This document shows, one piece after another, positions 48,801 to 55,835 of a stretch of 64,000 bases of DNA (positions are counted from its first letter, which is position 1; each line of letters starts with the position of its first letter). Position numbers and translations under genes: made by a program. Under the pieces are notes generated by a model. The model saw only the letters and a program-made list of their open reading frames with translations. It did no database searches and was not told the origin of the DNA. The stretch lies in contig JAGWLG010000013.1 of NCBI GenBank assembly GCA_028864975.1, positions 13,252-77,251 on the forward strand, written 5' to 3'. Source of the stretch: Thermoplasmata archaeon (GTDB taxonomy: Archaea; Thermoplasmatota; Thermoplasmata; Lutacidiplasmatales; UBA184).

Positions 48801-49009
48801 GCCACAACGCACCCAGTGCAGGAGGGGGTATCCGACGCCGACGCACCCTCGGCCACAGCGCTCGGGCGCTCCACACTGGAAGGACCCCGTTCGGGCGGTC
48901 CGGCCAGCACGTGGCCGGTGAGCGGAACACCCCAGGGGGCCATCAACAGAAGGACACTCCCGAACGAGAAGCCCGCCACGAGGAGGGCCCGAACGCGATC
49001 GTGCCTCAA
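45803..49009 (-). CDS. paralogous surface adhesin-like protein: YVTN propeller, PKD, Ig-like, 3 Cys-paired repeats, PKD, TM anchor
   Basis: Seven GEVFV../NVSVIS blades with VG..P.G..YD; WHFGDG PKD; same repeats as the neighbour; TM + RRRR. Confidence 0.92.
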   Translation of the reverse strand: MRHDRVRALLVAGFSFGSVLLLMAPWGVPLTGHVLAGPPERGPSSVERPSAVAEGASASDTPSCTGCVVANITVGGQPFDTVYDRAKGEVFVTSMVGGNVTVISASTEKTVAGIPTGAAPSGIAYDPGRGELFVANANSNSISVINDSSNTVVASLTGVSNYLNAMGYDPGANQIFATAGNSLDVIADANNTILRNVLLNTDPYSVAYDSGRGELFVPCVYSDVYVVSDRTDTVVATIPVGVDPEGAVYDSAKGEIFVTNHGSNNVSVISDATDTVVANIPVGTQPFGLDYAPGLGRVFVANAGSQNLSEISDATNKVVGGTPLPSFPNGLAYDASTNQVYVGTNTAVGTESVINEGSSVPLSVTASANTTYGPAWFHTNFTEVAAGGTGSYTSWVWHFGDGTTSAAPNPSHTYLAKGNYTVWVNITDSSAKTAESNPVLVTVEPPLPLATLTGVTVSPVSAILAPGGSQSFTATPTCTGGPCPAGTAYAWSMNHPLGSFNATTGSVVKFTAGGSAGITYLFVNATLNGVTVSSSAVLVRITSTPQLYSLTLLFDPSVCTGTFNGTYASNNSQWVAKAGNYPIVASRCPGFTFYNWSWSFSTPGGWVHGSSASNSTSLDVLGNGTVTATYVWGPAPWYTLHFFVHPFPCQPVDFNGTYWSNATTGYYPSGTYLAKDLARAGCTPTGWVWQPARGPGQSFATAWVNISVSSNGTLTEIYNGAPPPGHYTLTFSISPSPCGPVSFNGTSQTNGTSASFLGSTYAARAPACASHPFRAWLYAFPSQRVAYIGTWVNVSVGAAGTLFANYTASGPPPPLSVSLSANATSATVGSLVRLTPTVSGGAPPYACAWSLNSTNTSQTGCTAATLSWSHPGTYTYRVWATDSATEVAGSNAVAIAVRAPSRSSPPPLVAFANETVVSPWSCTTLSEAFAFAGNARGGVPAYSFFWIFTMNNSGASGRNATLTYTYGGLNVAGTQADLQVADSSGHRAWKNLTVSFGSPSQCPAETPPTGGFSFLGLSPTASLLLIAGVLAAILAAVVVLVVLRRRRGRATPPEHATPPPGSPGFPPS

Positions 49010-49210
49010 ACCTGGCTCCCGTTCGCGGGCGTGCGCGCCCGCTCCTCCTCGATGGGCAGGGGGGCTATTTCTCCCCTCGCCCGCCGGGCGAGGGGCCTCT
49101 CGAGGGGTCGAGAAAGAGGAGGGGCCCGGGAAGTGGGCCCGGCGGTGAGAGGCGGGCCCGTGCCGTCGGCCTACCGCGGGGGCCGTCGCAACCGGGCGAT
49201 CCCGGGGCCG

Positions 49211-49930
49211 TCAGGCGGGCCCCAGGTCGACCACGTTCACCGTCACCTCGTAGCCCGCGACGGAGATGTTCTGCGAGCTCAAGATGAAAGAGATCACGTA
49301 GAACCCGGCGAACATGGTCCCGGTCGCCGTGCAGCTGCTGGAGTCGTTCAGCAGGTCGCACCAGAGCCCCGTCGGACCGAGCTGGGTGGAGTTCGTGAGG
49401 TCGGTGCTGCAACTCATCTCGGAGGAGGGACAGGCGGGGGAGGTCTCGAGCGTCACGCTGACCCGGGAGGACGTGCCGGCCTTCCCCGGCACGGTGAGCC
49501 CATCCTGCCAGATGACGCAGTGTCCCGTCCCGCAGAGCGTGTCACCGGTCCAGATCCGGTGACAGGAGATCGCTCCGGCGAGGCAATAGTTCGGAGGGGG
49601 CGGGGGGGAGTAGGTGAAGCGCGCGACGGTGCCCGCCACCACCAGGAGGGCCAGCACCAAGAGCACCCAGAAGAGGGGGCTCCTACGCCAGGCACCCCGA
49701 TGGAAGAGGGCGTCGAAGGGGCTCGGGGCGTACCTCGGGAGCACCGACGGGCCGTTGCTGACCACCCAGTGCGTTGTCCGAGGGGGGCGTGGTGGGTCCT
49801 CGGTGGGGGGCTCCTCCAGCGTGGAAACGAGGCGCGTGGGCGGAGGGCCCAGGGACGCTCCACAAGCGCGGCAGACCCCCTCCTCCCCGAAGTGGACCTG
49901 GCCGCACCGGGGGCAGACGCGCGTGGTCAA
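49211..49930 (-). CDS. zinc-ribbon, single-TM protein with Cys-rich extracellular domain
   Basis: CPRCG...CRACG N-terminus, TM, eight further Cys. Confidence 0.8.
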   Translation of the reverse strand: MTTRVCPRCGQVHFGEEGVCRACGASLGPPPTRLVSTLEEPPTEDPPRPPRTTHWVVSNGPSVLPRYAPSPFDALFHRGAWRRSPLFWVLLVLALLVVAGTVARFTYSPPPPPNYCLAGAISCHRIWTGDTLCGTGHCVIWQDGLTVPGKAGTSSRVSVTLETSPACPSSEMSCSTDLTNSTQLGPTGLWCDLLNDSSSCTATGTMFAGFYVISFILSSQNISVAGYEVTVNVVDLGPA

Positions 49931-50049
49931 CGCCCGCTTTGAGCGGGCCTCGACCTGATAGAGCTGCCGCCCGGCGAGAGCGGTGGCCGGCGACCGCCGG
50001 ACCGCGAAGGGCGAGTACTGCTCCTGGCCCGGAGACTACAGTAGCCGGA

Positions 50050-50286
50050 CTACTCCCAGCGAACGTCCCTCGGCTGCGCCGCGTTCGCTGCCACCGCTCC
50101 AATGGTGGAGGCGGCGATCCCGACGAGCGCCAGATCGAGGAGAAGCCCTCCGACGTCGTCGCCGGACCTCCGTCTGGGCCGTCGGGGAGGGGGTGGTGGG
50201 GTGTCCGGGATGACCACCTGAGCTTCGCGAAGCACGCCTGGGCCCGCGGCGGTCACGGCGTGGATTCGCCCGGTGATCCTCTCCAC
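50050..50286 (-). CDS. small hypothetical protein with one hydrophobic helix
   Basis: GTG 50286 preceded by AGAGGT; becomes adjacent to the 67-aa gene in the reconstructed empty IS site. Confidence 0.5.
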   Translation of the reverse strand: MERITGRIHAVTAAGPGVLREAQVVIPDTPPPPPRRPRRRSGDDVGGLLLDLALVGIAASTIGAVAANAAQPRDVRWE

Positions 50287-50329
50287 CGTACCTCTACGAC
50301 AGATGGGGGGATCGGGGGGAGGAGCAGAG

Positions 50330-50349
50330 CCCCCGTTTTCAAACGGGGG
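50330..50349 (+). repeat. left-end subterminal hairpin
   Basis: CCCCCGTTT-TC-AAACGGGGG, preceded by AGAG (50326-50329). Confidence 0.9.
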
Positions 50350-50502
50350 GTACGACCTCCCCCCGACCCGTCCAGGGACCACCTTCGGTCCAGAGCTCGA
50401 CACGGGAGCACCTTACAGGTCACGCCGTACCACGGCGACGTTATGCCCGCTGGCCGCCCATGAGCGCCCGGGAGACGCTGCCCGTCCGCTCTCCTCCGCC
50501 CC

Positions 50503-51732
50503 ATGCTGACCGCCGTGAAGTTCCGCCTCTATCCTTTCCCGGACCAGGCGCGGGAGCTCGACCGTCAGCTCTCCGAACTGAACTCCCTCTGGAACCACGC
50601 CCTCGAAGAGCGGTGCGCTGCGTGGAAGAAGGAGAGGCGGTCCCTCACCTTCGTCCAGCAGTGTCAGGAGCTGACCCGGTGGCGGAACTTCGACCGGGAG
50701 GGTCTCGGGAGGGTGAACGCCCAGGTCGCGCAGGAGTGCCTGGCCCGCCTGAACGACGCGTTCCAGCACTTCTTCCGCAGGGTCAAGAGCGGGGAGGCTC
50801 CCGGGTTCCCTCGCTTCAATCGGGAGACCACGTCGCTGACCTATCCCCAGGCCTACGACTCCGTGAGGCTCGTCCCTGGGAGGAACGGGACGCGAAGGCT
50901 CTCCCTGTCCAGGGTGGGGGACCTTCCGATCGAGGTCCACCGGGAGCTTCCCGCGGGCCGTACGAAGACCTGCACGGTCGAGCGGGAGGGAGACCGATGG
51001 TATGCGGTCCTGATCGTAGAGATGGCGGACCCGGTCCCTCCCCCCGACCTTCCTCCCCGCCATCCCTTGGGCGTGGACCTGGGACTCTCTCGCCTCGCCA
51101 CGCTGTCGACCGGGGAGGCGGTCGAGGCCCCGAGGTTCCTCCGACGCTCGGAGGTCCAGCTGAAGCGCCAGCAGCGGAGGCTCTCGAGGAAGCGGAGGGG
51201 CTCCCACAACTGGCGGAAGCAGAAGGCGAGGGTCCAGCGGTGCCACGCGAGGGTCCGGGACCAGCGGCGCGATCTGGCGCACCAGCTCACGTCGACCTGG
51301 GCGCGAGAGCACGACCTCATCGCCTTCGAGGACCTGGACGTGAGGTCGCACCTCATGGGCCCCTTCTCCAAGTCCACCGCCGACGCGGGTTGGGGGATGC
51401 TGCGTCGGTTCGCCGAGTACAAGGAAGCGCGCCGGTCGGGCCGGTACGTCGAGGTGCCGTCGAAGGGGACGACCCAGAGCTGCTCGGCGTGCGCACGGCC
51501 GCATGACCCGCCCCTGACGCTCCGGGACCGCACGTACGAGTGCCCGTGCGGTCTGCGGCTCGACCGAGATGTGAACGCGGCGAGGAACGTGCTCGCCCGC
51601 GCCCTCGCCATCGTAGGGGGGGATACCCCCGAAGTGACGCCGGTGGAGATCGGACCTCCGGTGGCCCGCAAGGGCCGCCGCGTCCGGTCCATGAAGCAGG
51701 AACCGCCCTCGGCCGTGGGTGCGAGCACCTGA
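50503..51732 (+). CDS. tnpB: TnpB RNA-guided endonuclease (intact RuvC triad)
   Basis: AVKFRLYP, GVDLGL (D), AFEDL (E), TTQSCSAC..CPCG, DRDVNAARN (D). Confidence 0.96.
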   Translation: MLTAVKFRLYPFPDQARELDRQLSELNSLWNHALEERCAAWKKERRSLTFVQQCQELTRWRNFDREGLGRVNAQVAQECLARLNDAFQHFFRRVKSGEAPGFPRFNRETTSLTYPQAYDSVRLVPGRNGTRRLSLSRVGDLPIEVHRELPAGRTKTCTVEREGDRWYAVLIVEMADPVPPPDLPPRHPLGVDLGLSRLATLSTGEAVEAPRFLRRSEVQLKRQQRRLSRKRRGSHNWRKQKARVQRCHARVRDQRRDLAHQLTSTWAREHDLIAFEDLDVRSHLMGPFSKSTADAGWGMLRRFAEYKEARRSGRYVEVPSKGTTQSCSACARPHDPPLTLRDRTYECPCGLRLDRDVNAARNVLARALAIVGGDTPEVTPVEIGPPVARKGRRVRSMKQEPPSAVGAST

Positions 51733-51746
51733 CGGCCGGGAGGAAG

Positions 51747-51766
51747 CCCCCCGTTTCAACGGGGGG
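51747..51766 (+). repeat. right-end subterminal hairpin (3' part of the omegaRNA)
   Basis: CCCCCCGTT-TC-AACGGGGGG preceded by GAAG and followed by AGGATA-TCAC. Confidence 0.92.
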
Positions 51767-51772
51767 AGGATA

Positions 51773-51976
51773 TCACTCGCTCGAGATCTCCAGCCGTTCG
51801 CGTTCGATCTCTCGGCGAACGAGCTTGTCGTTCTTGAAGTGTTCCGTTACTCGCTCGCGAACGATGGCCTTCACGCCGGCCTCGCGCAGGGTCTTAGGGT
51901 CGAGCATCAGCCCCCGGCGCCCGCTCGGTAGAGTGACGAGCTCGACCGACGACTCTTGAGCGGATCCCTCAGCCAC
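51773..51976 (-). CDS. 67-aa hypothetical protein
   Basis: Overlaps the upstream 401-aa gene by 8 nt; its TGA stop lies inside the IS right end (TCAC). Confidence 0.7.
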   Translation of the reverse strand: MAEGSAQESSVELVTLPSGRRGLMLDPKTLREAGVKAIVRERVTEHFKNDKLVRREIERERLEISSE

Positions 51977-53174
51977 GCGTCTTCACCTCGATGGCAATGT
52001 TCCGGTTGTAGGAGGTCGTGATCACACCAGGGTCGTGAGGGTCCATGTCCTGGACAAGCCGTTCATCGAAGCTGCGGTGGAGGGTGAAGCCTTTCGCACC
52101 CGGGGGCGGAAGGATCGGGCTCCGGAGCGGAGCTCGGTCCAGCGCTCCAAGGATCGATCGGAGGGCACGGAGGCCCTCGACCGCCAGCTCGGCCTCGACA
52201 GGGAAGGCCAGGTCGGGCTTCTCGACCAAGAACGCCTCGGTCGTCTTCCTGCCGGAGTGGGGAAGCTGCTCTGGCTCCACCGTGACAGGAGCAGGGGAGG
52301 TTGCGAGCGGAAGAGGCGCGATCGTCCTCTCGCCGGTAACGGTCTGCCAGAGCTCCTTGAAGGCCGCCGTGGCTCTTGGATCCGCATCTCGCAGCCAGCT
52401 CTCGGTGGCATGCTCTTGGAAGCGGGTGAGCCAAGACAGCACGGTCACTCGAGAACCCTCGTCAAGGCCGAAATGACCGAGCAGAAGCTGAAGCTGTCCT
52501 GACACAACCGATGCCCCGGCCAAGAAGAGCAAGAGGGAGGTCCAATCCTCAGGACCGGGAATCTCGAGTTCGCCCGGCGGAACGCGGAGAGAGGTCAGAA
52601 CACTGTTCGTTGTGGGCGTACCGCTACGCCCCAGCGTGGACTCGATGGACGCTCGGATCCGCCGGTCCCGGCTGGCAAGTCCCCAAGTCTCGTCGAGGAG
52701 CAGCTGGAGCTCGTTGCGCAGGTCTGACCTGTCGGGCTCGAAGATGTGAGGCAGAACCTCCAGATCCACGGGGACGTCGGGCTTGGAAAGGCGGAGAAAG
52801 AGGCGCTCCTCCCTCGGAGCCACGCCGGCCTCTCGGAGCAGGTCGTGAACCCTCGCTCTGGCCCTGTCCTGATCACCTTCGTCGAGAGAGAATCCCAACT
52901 TCTCCATCTGCTCCAGTACCTCGCCCCGGGTGAGTCCGCACGCCTGCGCGACGGCCCCGATGGTGTAGTGTCCAAGCTCGAACCGCTTCTCCAGAGCGCG
53001 AAGCAGCGCCACGTGCTGGGAGGTCTCCACCTTGTCCTTCAAGGCGTCGAAGACGACCTCGGAGACCGATGCGACCTTCTCGCGGGCCGCAAGCTCCTTC
53101 GCCTTCTCCCACACCTTCGTGTCGACCACGAAGAGCGTGGTGCGCGCCTCCTTGGGCGCTCGCTTCCTCATCAC
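51969..53174 (-). CDS. RHH + UPF0175-like HTH protein with long uncharacterised C-terminal domain
   Basis: RTTLFVVDTKVWEKAKELAARE..SVSEVV (RHH); FELGHYTIGAVAQACGLTRGEVLEQMEKLG (UPF0175-like). Confidence 0.7.
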   Translation of the reverse strand: MMRKRAPKEARTTLFVVDTKVWEKAKELAAREKVASVSEVVFDALKDKVETSQHVALLRALEKRFELGHYTIGAVAQACGLTRGEVLEQMEKLGFSLDEGDQDRARARVHDLLREAGVAPREERLFLRLSKPDVPVDLEVLPHIFEPDRSDLRNELQLLLDETWGLASRDRRIRASIESTLGRSGTPTTNSVLTSLRVPPGELEIPGPEDWTSLLLFLAGASVVSGQLQLLLGHFGLDEGSRVTVLSWLTRFQEHATESWLRDADPRATAAFKELWQTVTGERTIAPLPLATSPAPVTVEPEQLPHSGRKTTEAFLVEKPDLAFPVEAELAVEGLRALRSILGALDRAPLRSPILPPPGAKGFTLHRSFDERLVQDMDPHDPGVITTSYNRNIAIEVKTRG

Positions 53175-53221
53175 TATGTAAGAACAGGAACAAGCATAAG
53201 TAGCCTATGATTCATTTTACT

Positions 53222-53243
53222 GCAACGTTGCCATGTTTAAATA
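53222..53243 (+). promoter_or_regulatory. palindrome GCAACGTTGC next to TTTAAATA TATA box in the divergent promoter
   Basis: 10-bp perfect palindrome 53222-53231; TATA 53236-53243; AT-rich intergenic region. Confidence 0.55.
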
Positions 53244-53280
53244 ATGGCTCACCCTGGCAGTTCCGTGCGAATGACGACAG

Positions 53281-53820
53281 TTGGAGGTCCAGGGGAAGGT
53301 GGCTTCCAGTGACCCTCCGCGGACTCCTGCAAGACCCGAGCCCGTAGTCCGGCTTCCCCGGCCCCCTCTGATCGTCGATGCGATGATGATCTCCCATCGG
53401 TCGAAGTTCGAGGAGCTTCTCTCGCTCACCAAGGATGGCACCAGGCCCCTCTGGGTCCCACCTGCGGTTCGGAGGGAGGTCCGAGGGACCGTGAGAGAGA
53501 TTCCCGCAGCGGTACGCGACTACCAGCTATCACCATCGGAGCAGGACCAAGTGGAACGAATTGTCGAGAGGACCGGACCGGGGGGTAAGGAGCTGGTGCG
53601 ACGCCTCCGACGAACCGGAAGGATAGAGAACCTTGGAGAGATCCAAGCGATGGTCATCGCGAAGACCGTGGGGGGGATCGTGGTCACCGACGACCCCAAA
53701 GCGCAGCGTGTGGCGAGGGCGCGCTTGGGTCCTCAATTCGTGTGGAGCTCCGACGAGGCCTTGAAGCGGCTCCGTGAGGAACTCCACCCGGAGAAGAAGG
53801 GTACCGGACCCTCGGACTAG
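53281..53820 (+). CDS. PIN-domain protein (DUF3368-like)
   Basis: LIVDA, WVPPAVRRE, LGEIQAMVIA, VVTDDPKA. Confidence 0.85.
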   Translation: MEVQGKVASSDPPRTPARPEPVVRLPRPPLIVDAMMISHRSKFEELLSLTKDGTRPLWVPPAVRREVRGTVREIPAAVRDYQLSPSEQDQVERIVERTGPGGKELVRRLRRTGRIENLGEIQAMVIAKTVGGIVVTDDPKAQRVARARLGPQFVWSSDEALKRLREELHPEKKGTGPSD

Positions 53821-53890
53821 CGGGATCGCGCCGCGCTCGCCGGTGGGAGCTCCTTCGCGCCCCCCGATACCTCGCCGTAGAGCCGCAGTT

Positions 53891-54697
53891 CTATCCGGAT
53901 CTGCGTCTGCGGCGCTCGACCCGGAGGAGGATCGCCCCCGCGAAGAGGGCGACCCCGGCCCCGCTGCCGAAGACCACACCCTGGCCGAGCGGTGTGGTCC
54001 ACCAACCCGGAGGTAGGATGGTGACCGCGCCGCAGGCGATGTTCGCGGAGGCGTTGTAGGCGGTGGAGCTGGTCTGCGTGCCTGTCGCGTTCGCGCAGAG
54101 GTTCCACGACCCCGACTCGTTCCCTGATGGACTGAAATGGATGACGGCGAGTTCGCTCTGATTGAAGTGAAGGCTCGGTAGCACGCCGATCGCGTTCGCG
54201 CTCCTGTTCAGCACGCCGCCCACGCTCCCGTACCATGCCACATCGACCGGGGAGCCACCCAGGGAAGTCGCGGCAGGGTTGGTGAGAGCGCTCCCGTTCG
54301 TGAGGTAGAACCTCACGGACACGTTGTGCAACGCAGGGGGCCACGCCGCGCGCACCGCCGCGCATCCGAAGAGCCCCGTCCCGACGAGGACCGAGACCTC
54401 GTAGGTACCGCCGTAGGCCATGATCGAGGGGGCGGTGAGATTCCTCGGGGACAGGAACATCACATCACCACAGACTGGGTGGCCGGCATCCGTGAAGGAA
54501 CTCCCGGTGGCGCGCGACGCGAATGAAGGCGACGGGGCGGACGGACCCGGGTGTTCGGGAGTGGGGAGCGAGGAGGGGAGCGGAACGAGAGCGCCCAGGA
54601 GGAGAGCAATGAGGGCGAGAAGCTTGACCCGCCTCGACAGACGGAAGGGGTCTCTCGGAAACCGCGCCACACCCGGGTCAGGGGGCGACTCGTACAT
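53891..54697 (-). CDS. secreted/membrane-anchored hypothetical protein
   Basis: Signal-like N-terminal helix, many N-x-S/T sequons, C-terminal TM + RRRRR. Confidence 0.8.
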   Translation of the reverse strand: MYESPPDPGVARFPRDPFRLSRRVKLLALIALLLGALVPLPSSLPTPEHPGPSAPSPSFASRATGSSFTDAGHPVCGDVMFLSPRNLTAPSIMAYGGTYEVSVLVGTGLFGCAAVRAAWPPALHNVSVRFYLTNGSALTNPAATSLGGSPVDVAWYGSVGGVLNRSANAIGVLPSLHFNQSELAVIHFSPSGNESGSWNLCANATGTQTSSTAYNASANIACGAVTILPPGWWTTPLGQGVVFGSGAGVALFAGAILLRVERRRRRSG

Positions 54698-55431
54698 CTA
54701 CGCGTCCGCCTCGGGGCTCGGGGCGGCCCAGGCGGATGGATGCTGGGTCGGATCGTCGTGAACGGTCTCGCGTGGGTGACGCGGGACCTGTGGGCGGACC
54801 TGAAGAAGGTCACTCCGAGTGCGATGAAGGCGAGAGGGATCTGGGCATCGAGCCAGTGAGCGTAGAGGAGGAAGTCGGCGAAGAAGCACCCCGCGAAGAA
54901 CGCGAGCGCCAAGCTGTAGCGGCGCCAGGCGTAAACACCGGACGAGTACGCGGTCGGCTTTCGTACCCAAGGTCTCGTGCCGCTTAAGACCGCTCAAGTG
55001 GGCGCGCGACTTGCCTGTCATGGGAGCCGCTTGGATGATGCGGGCTCGACAGCCCCAGATCCAAACCGAAGACCCCGAGGGCGAGTGGGTTCGCACGGGC
55101 GGCTTCGGTGGAGATTGACTTGGCGGGCACCGGTCCTCCTCGCAGAGGGAGGAAGACCAGGCCAGGTAGGGTCCGTCGGATGGTTCTTGGGAAGGGGAGC
55201 TTGGCGGAACCCGTGACCGCCCAGAATGGCGCGTTCGCTCGGTGGGAGCGGCTCCCTCGAAGGGCCCGTGCTGAGCCTTGACTCCCGTGGCACCCGCGAG
55301 CCCTAATTTCTGCCGCACAGTTGATGTGCGAGCTAACCCCCGCCCAGCCCGATGTCGCCGCGATGGGGGGTTCGATCACGCTCAGTGCCCCGCGAGCTGG
55401 CCCCCATTCCCACACACGCGCAGACGCACAA

Positions 55432-55452
55432 TGCGCCAGAAGAACTGGCGCA
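55432..55452. repeat. 8-bp hairpin TGCGCCAG-AAGAA-CTGGCGCA
   Basis: Perfect stem in the long region upstream of the ATPase gene. Confidence 0.6.
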
Positions 55453-55457
55453 GGGGA

Positions 55458-55763
55458 TCACCCTGCCGCGGTCGGAGAACCGGTCAAGGCCCCTCGAGAA
55501 GTTCCGTAACGAGGACCGCTGCCCGGTTCCGTCGGAGGTTCTTCCAGCTCCTCGGGACCGTTTGAGCTCCCTTTTCGGAGGCCCGTGCGGGCGGAGCCGG
55601 AGGGACCGAGACCGAAAGCGCGGAGCACCTTTGGACCGTGTCGCGCGAGGTCCGGAGCGACAGCCGTCCTACCCTTTCCCGACGATCGGACGAGCTCTGG
55701 TCTGTCGAGGAACTCCGCCGCCTCTGGAGGAGGCTGCCGGGGAGCGAGAAAGGCCCCGTTCAT
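55458..55763 (-). CDS. possible small protein divergent from the ATPase
   Basis: ATG about 30 nt from the shared AT-rich patch; no motif. Confidence 0.3.
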   Translation of the reverse strand: MNGAFLAPRQPPPEAAEFLDRPELVRSSGKGRTAVAPDLARHGPKVLRAFGLGPSGSARTGLRKGSSNGPEELEEPPTEPGSGPRYGTSRGALTGSPTAAG

Positions 55764-55800
55764 ATCGGCTCAGAGAAGAGTCCACGATAGATAAGAAATA

Positions 55801-55820
55801 TTATAAATGGATGTACATCC
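55801..55820 (+). promoter_or_regulatory. TATA box (TTATAAAT) immediately followed by the perfect palindrome GGATGTACATCC
   Basis: TATA 55801-55808 lies 27 nt upstream of ATG 55836; 12-bp palindrome at 55809-55820. Confidence 0.7.
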
Positions 55821-55835
55821 CGTTCTCAGGCTCCC

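Larger units (their letters stand above)
50298..51776 (+). mobile_element. IS200/IS605-family non-autonomous (IS1341-type) element, tnpB only
   Basis: Subterminal hairpins at both ends, right end TCAC, inferred target CTAC at 50294-50297; no tnpA. Confidence 0.85.

Noticed and set aside
54460-55318. Small membrane protein on the minus strand (ALAFFAGCFFADFLLY...)
   Set aside because: The hydrophobic stretch looks real, but there is no credible start (upstream in-frame TGA, TTG only) and the frame runs into the next gene; it may be a fragment.
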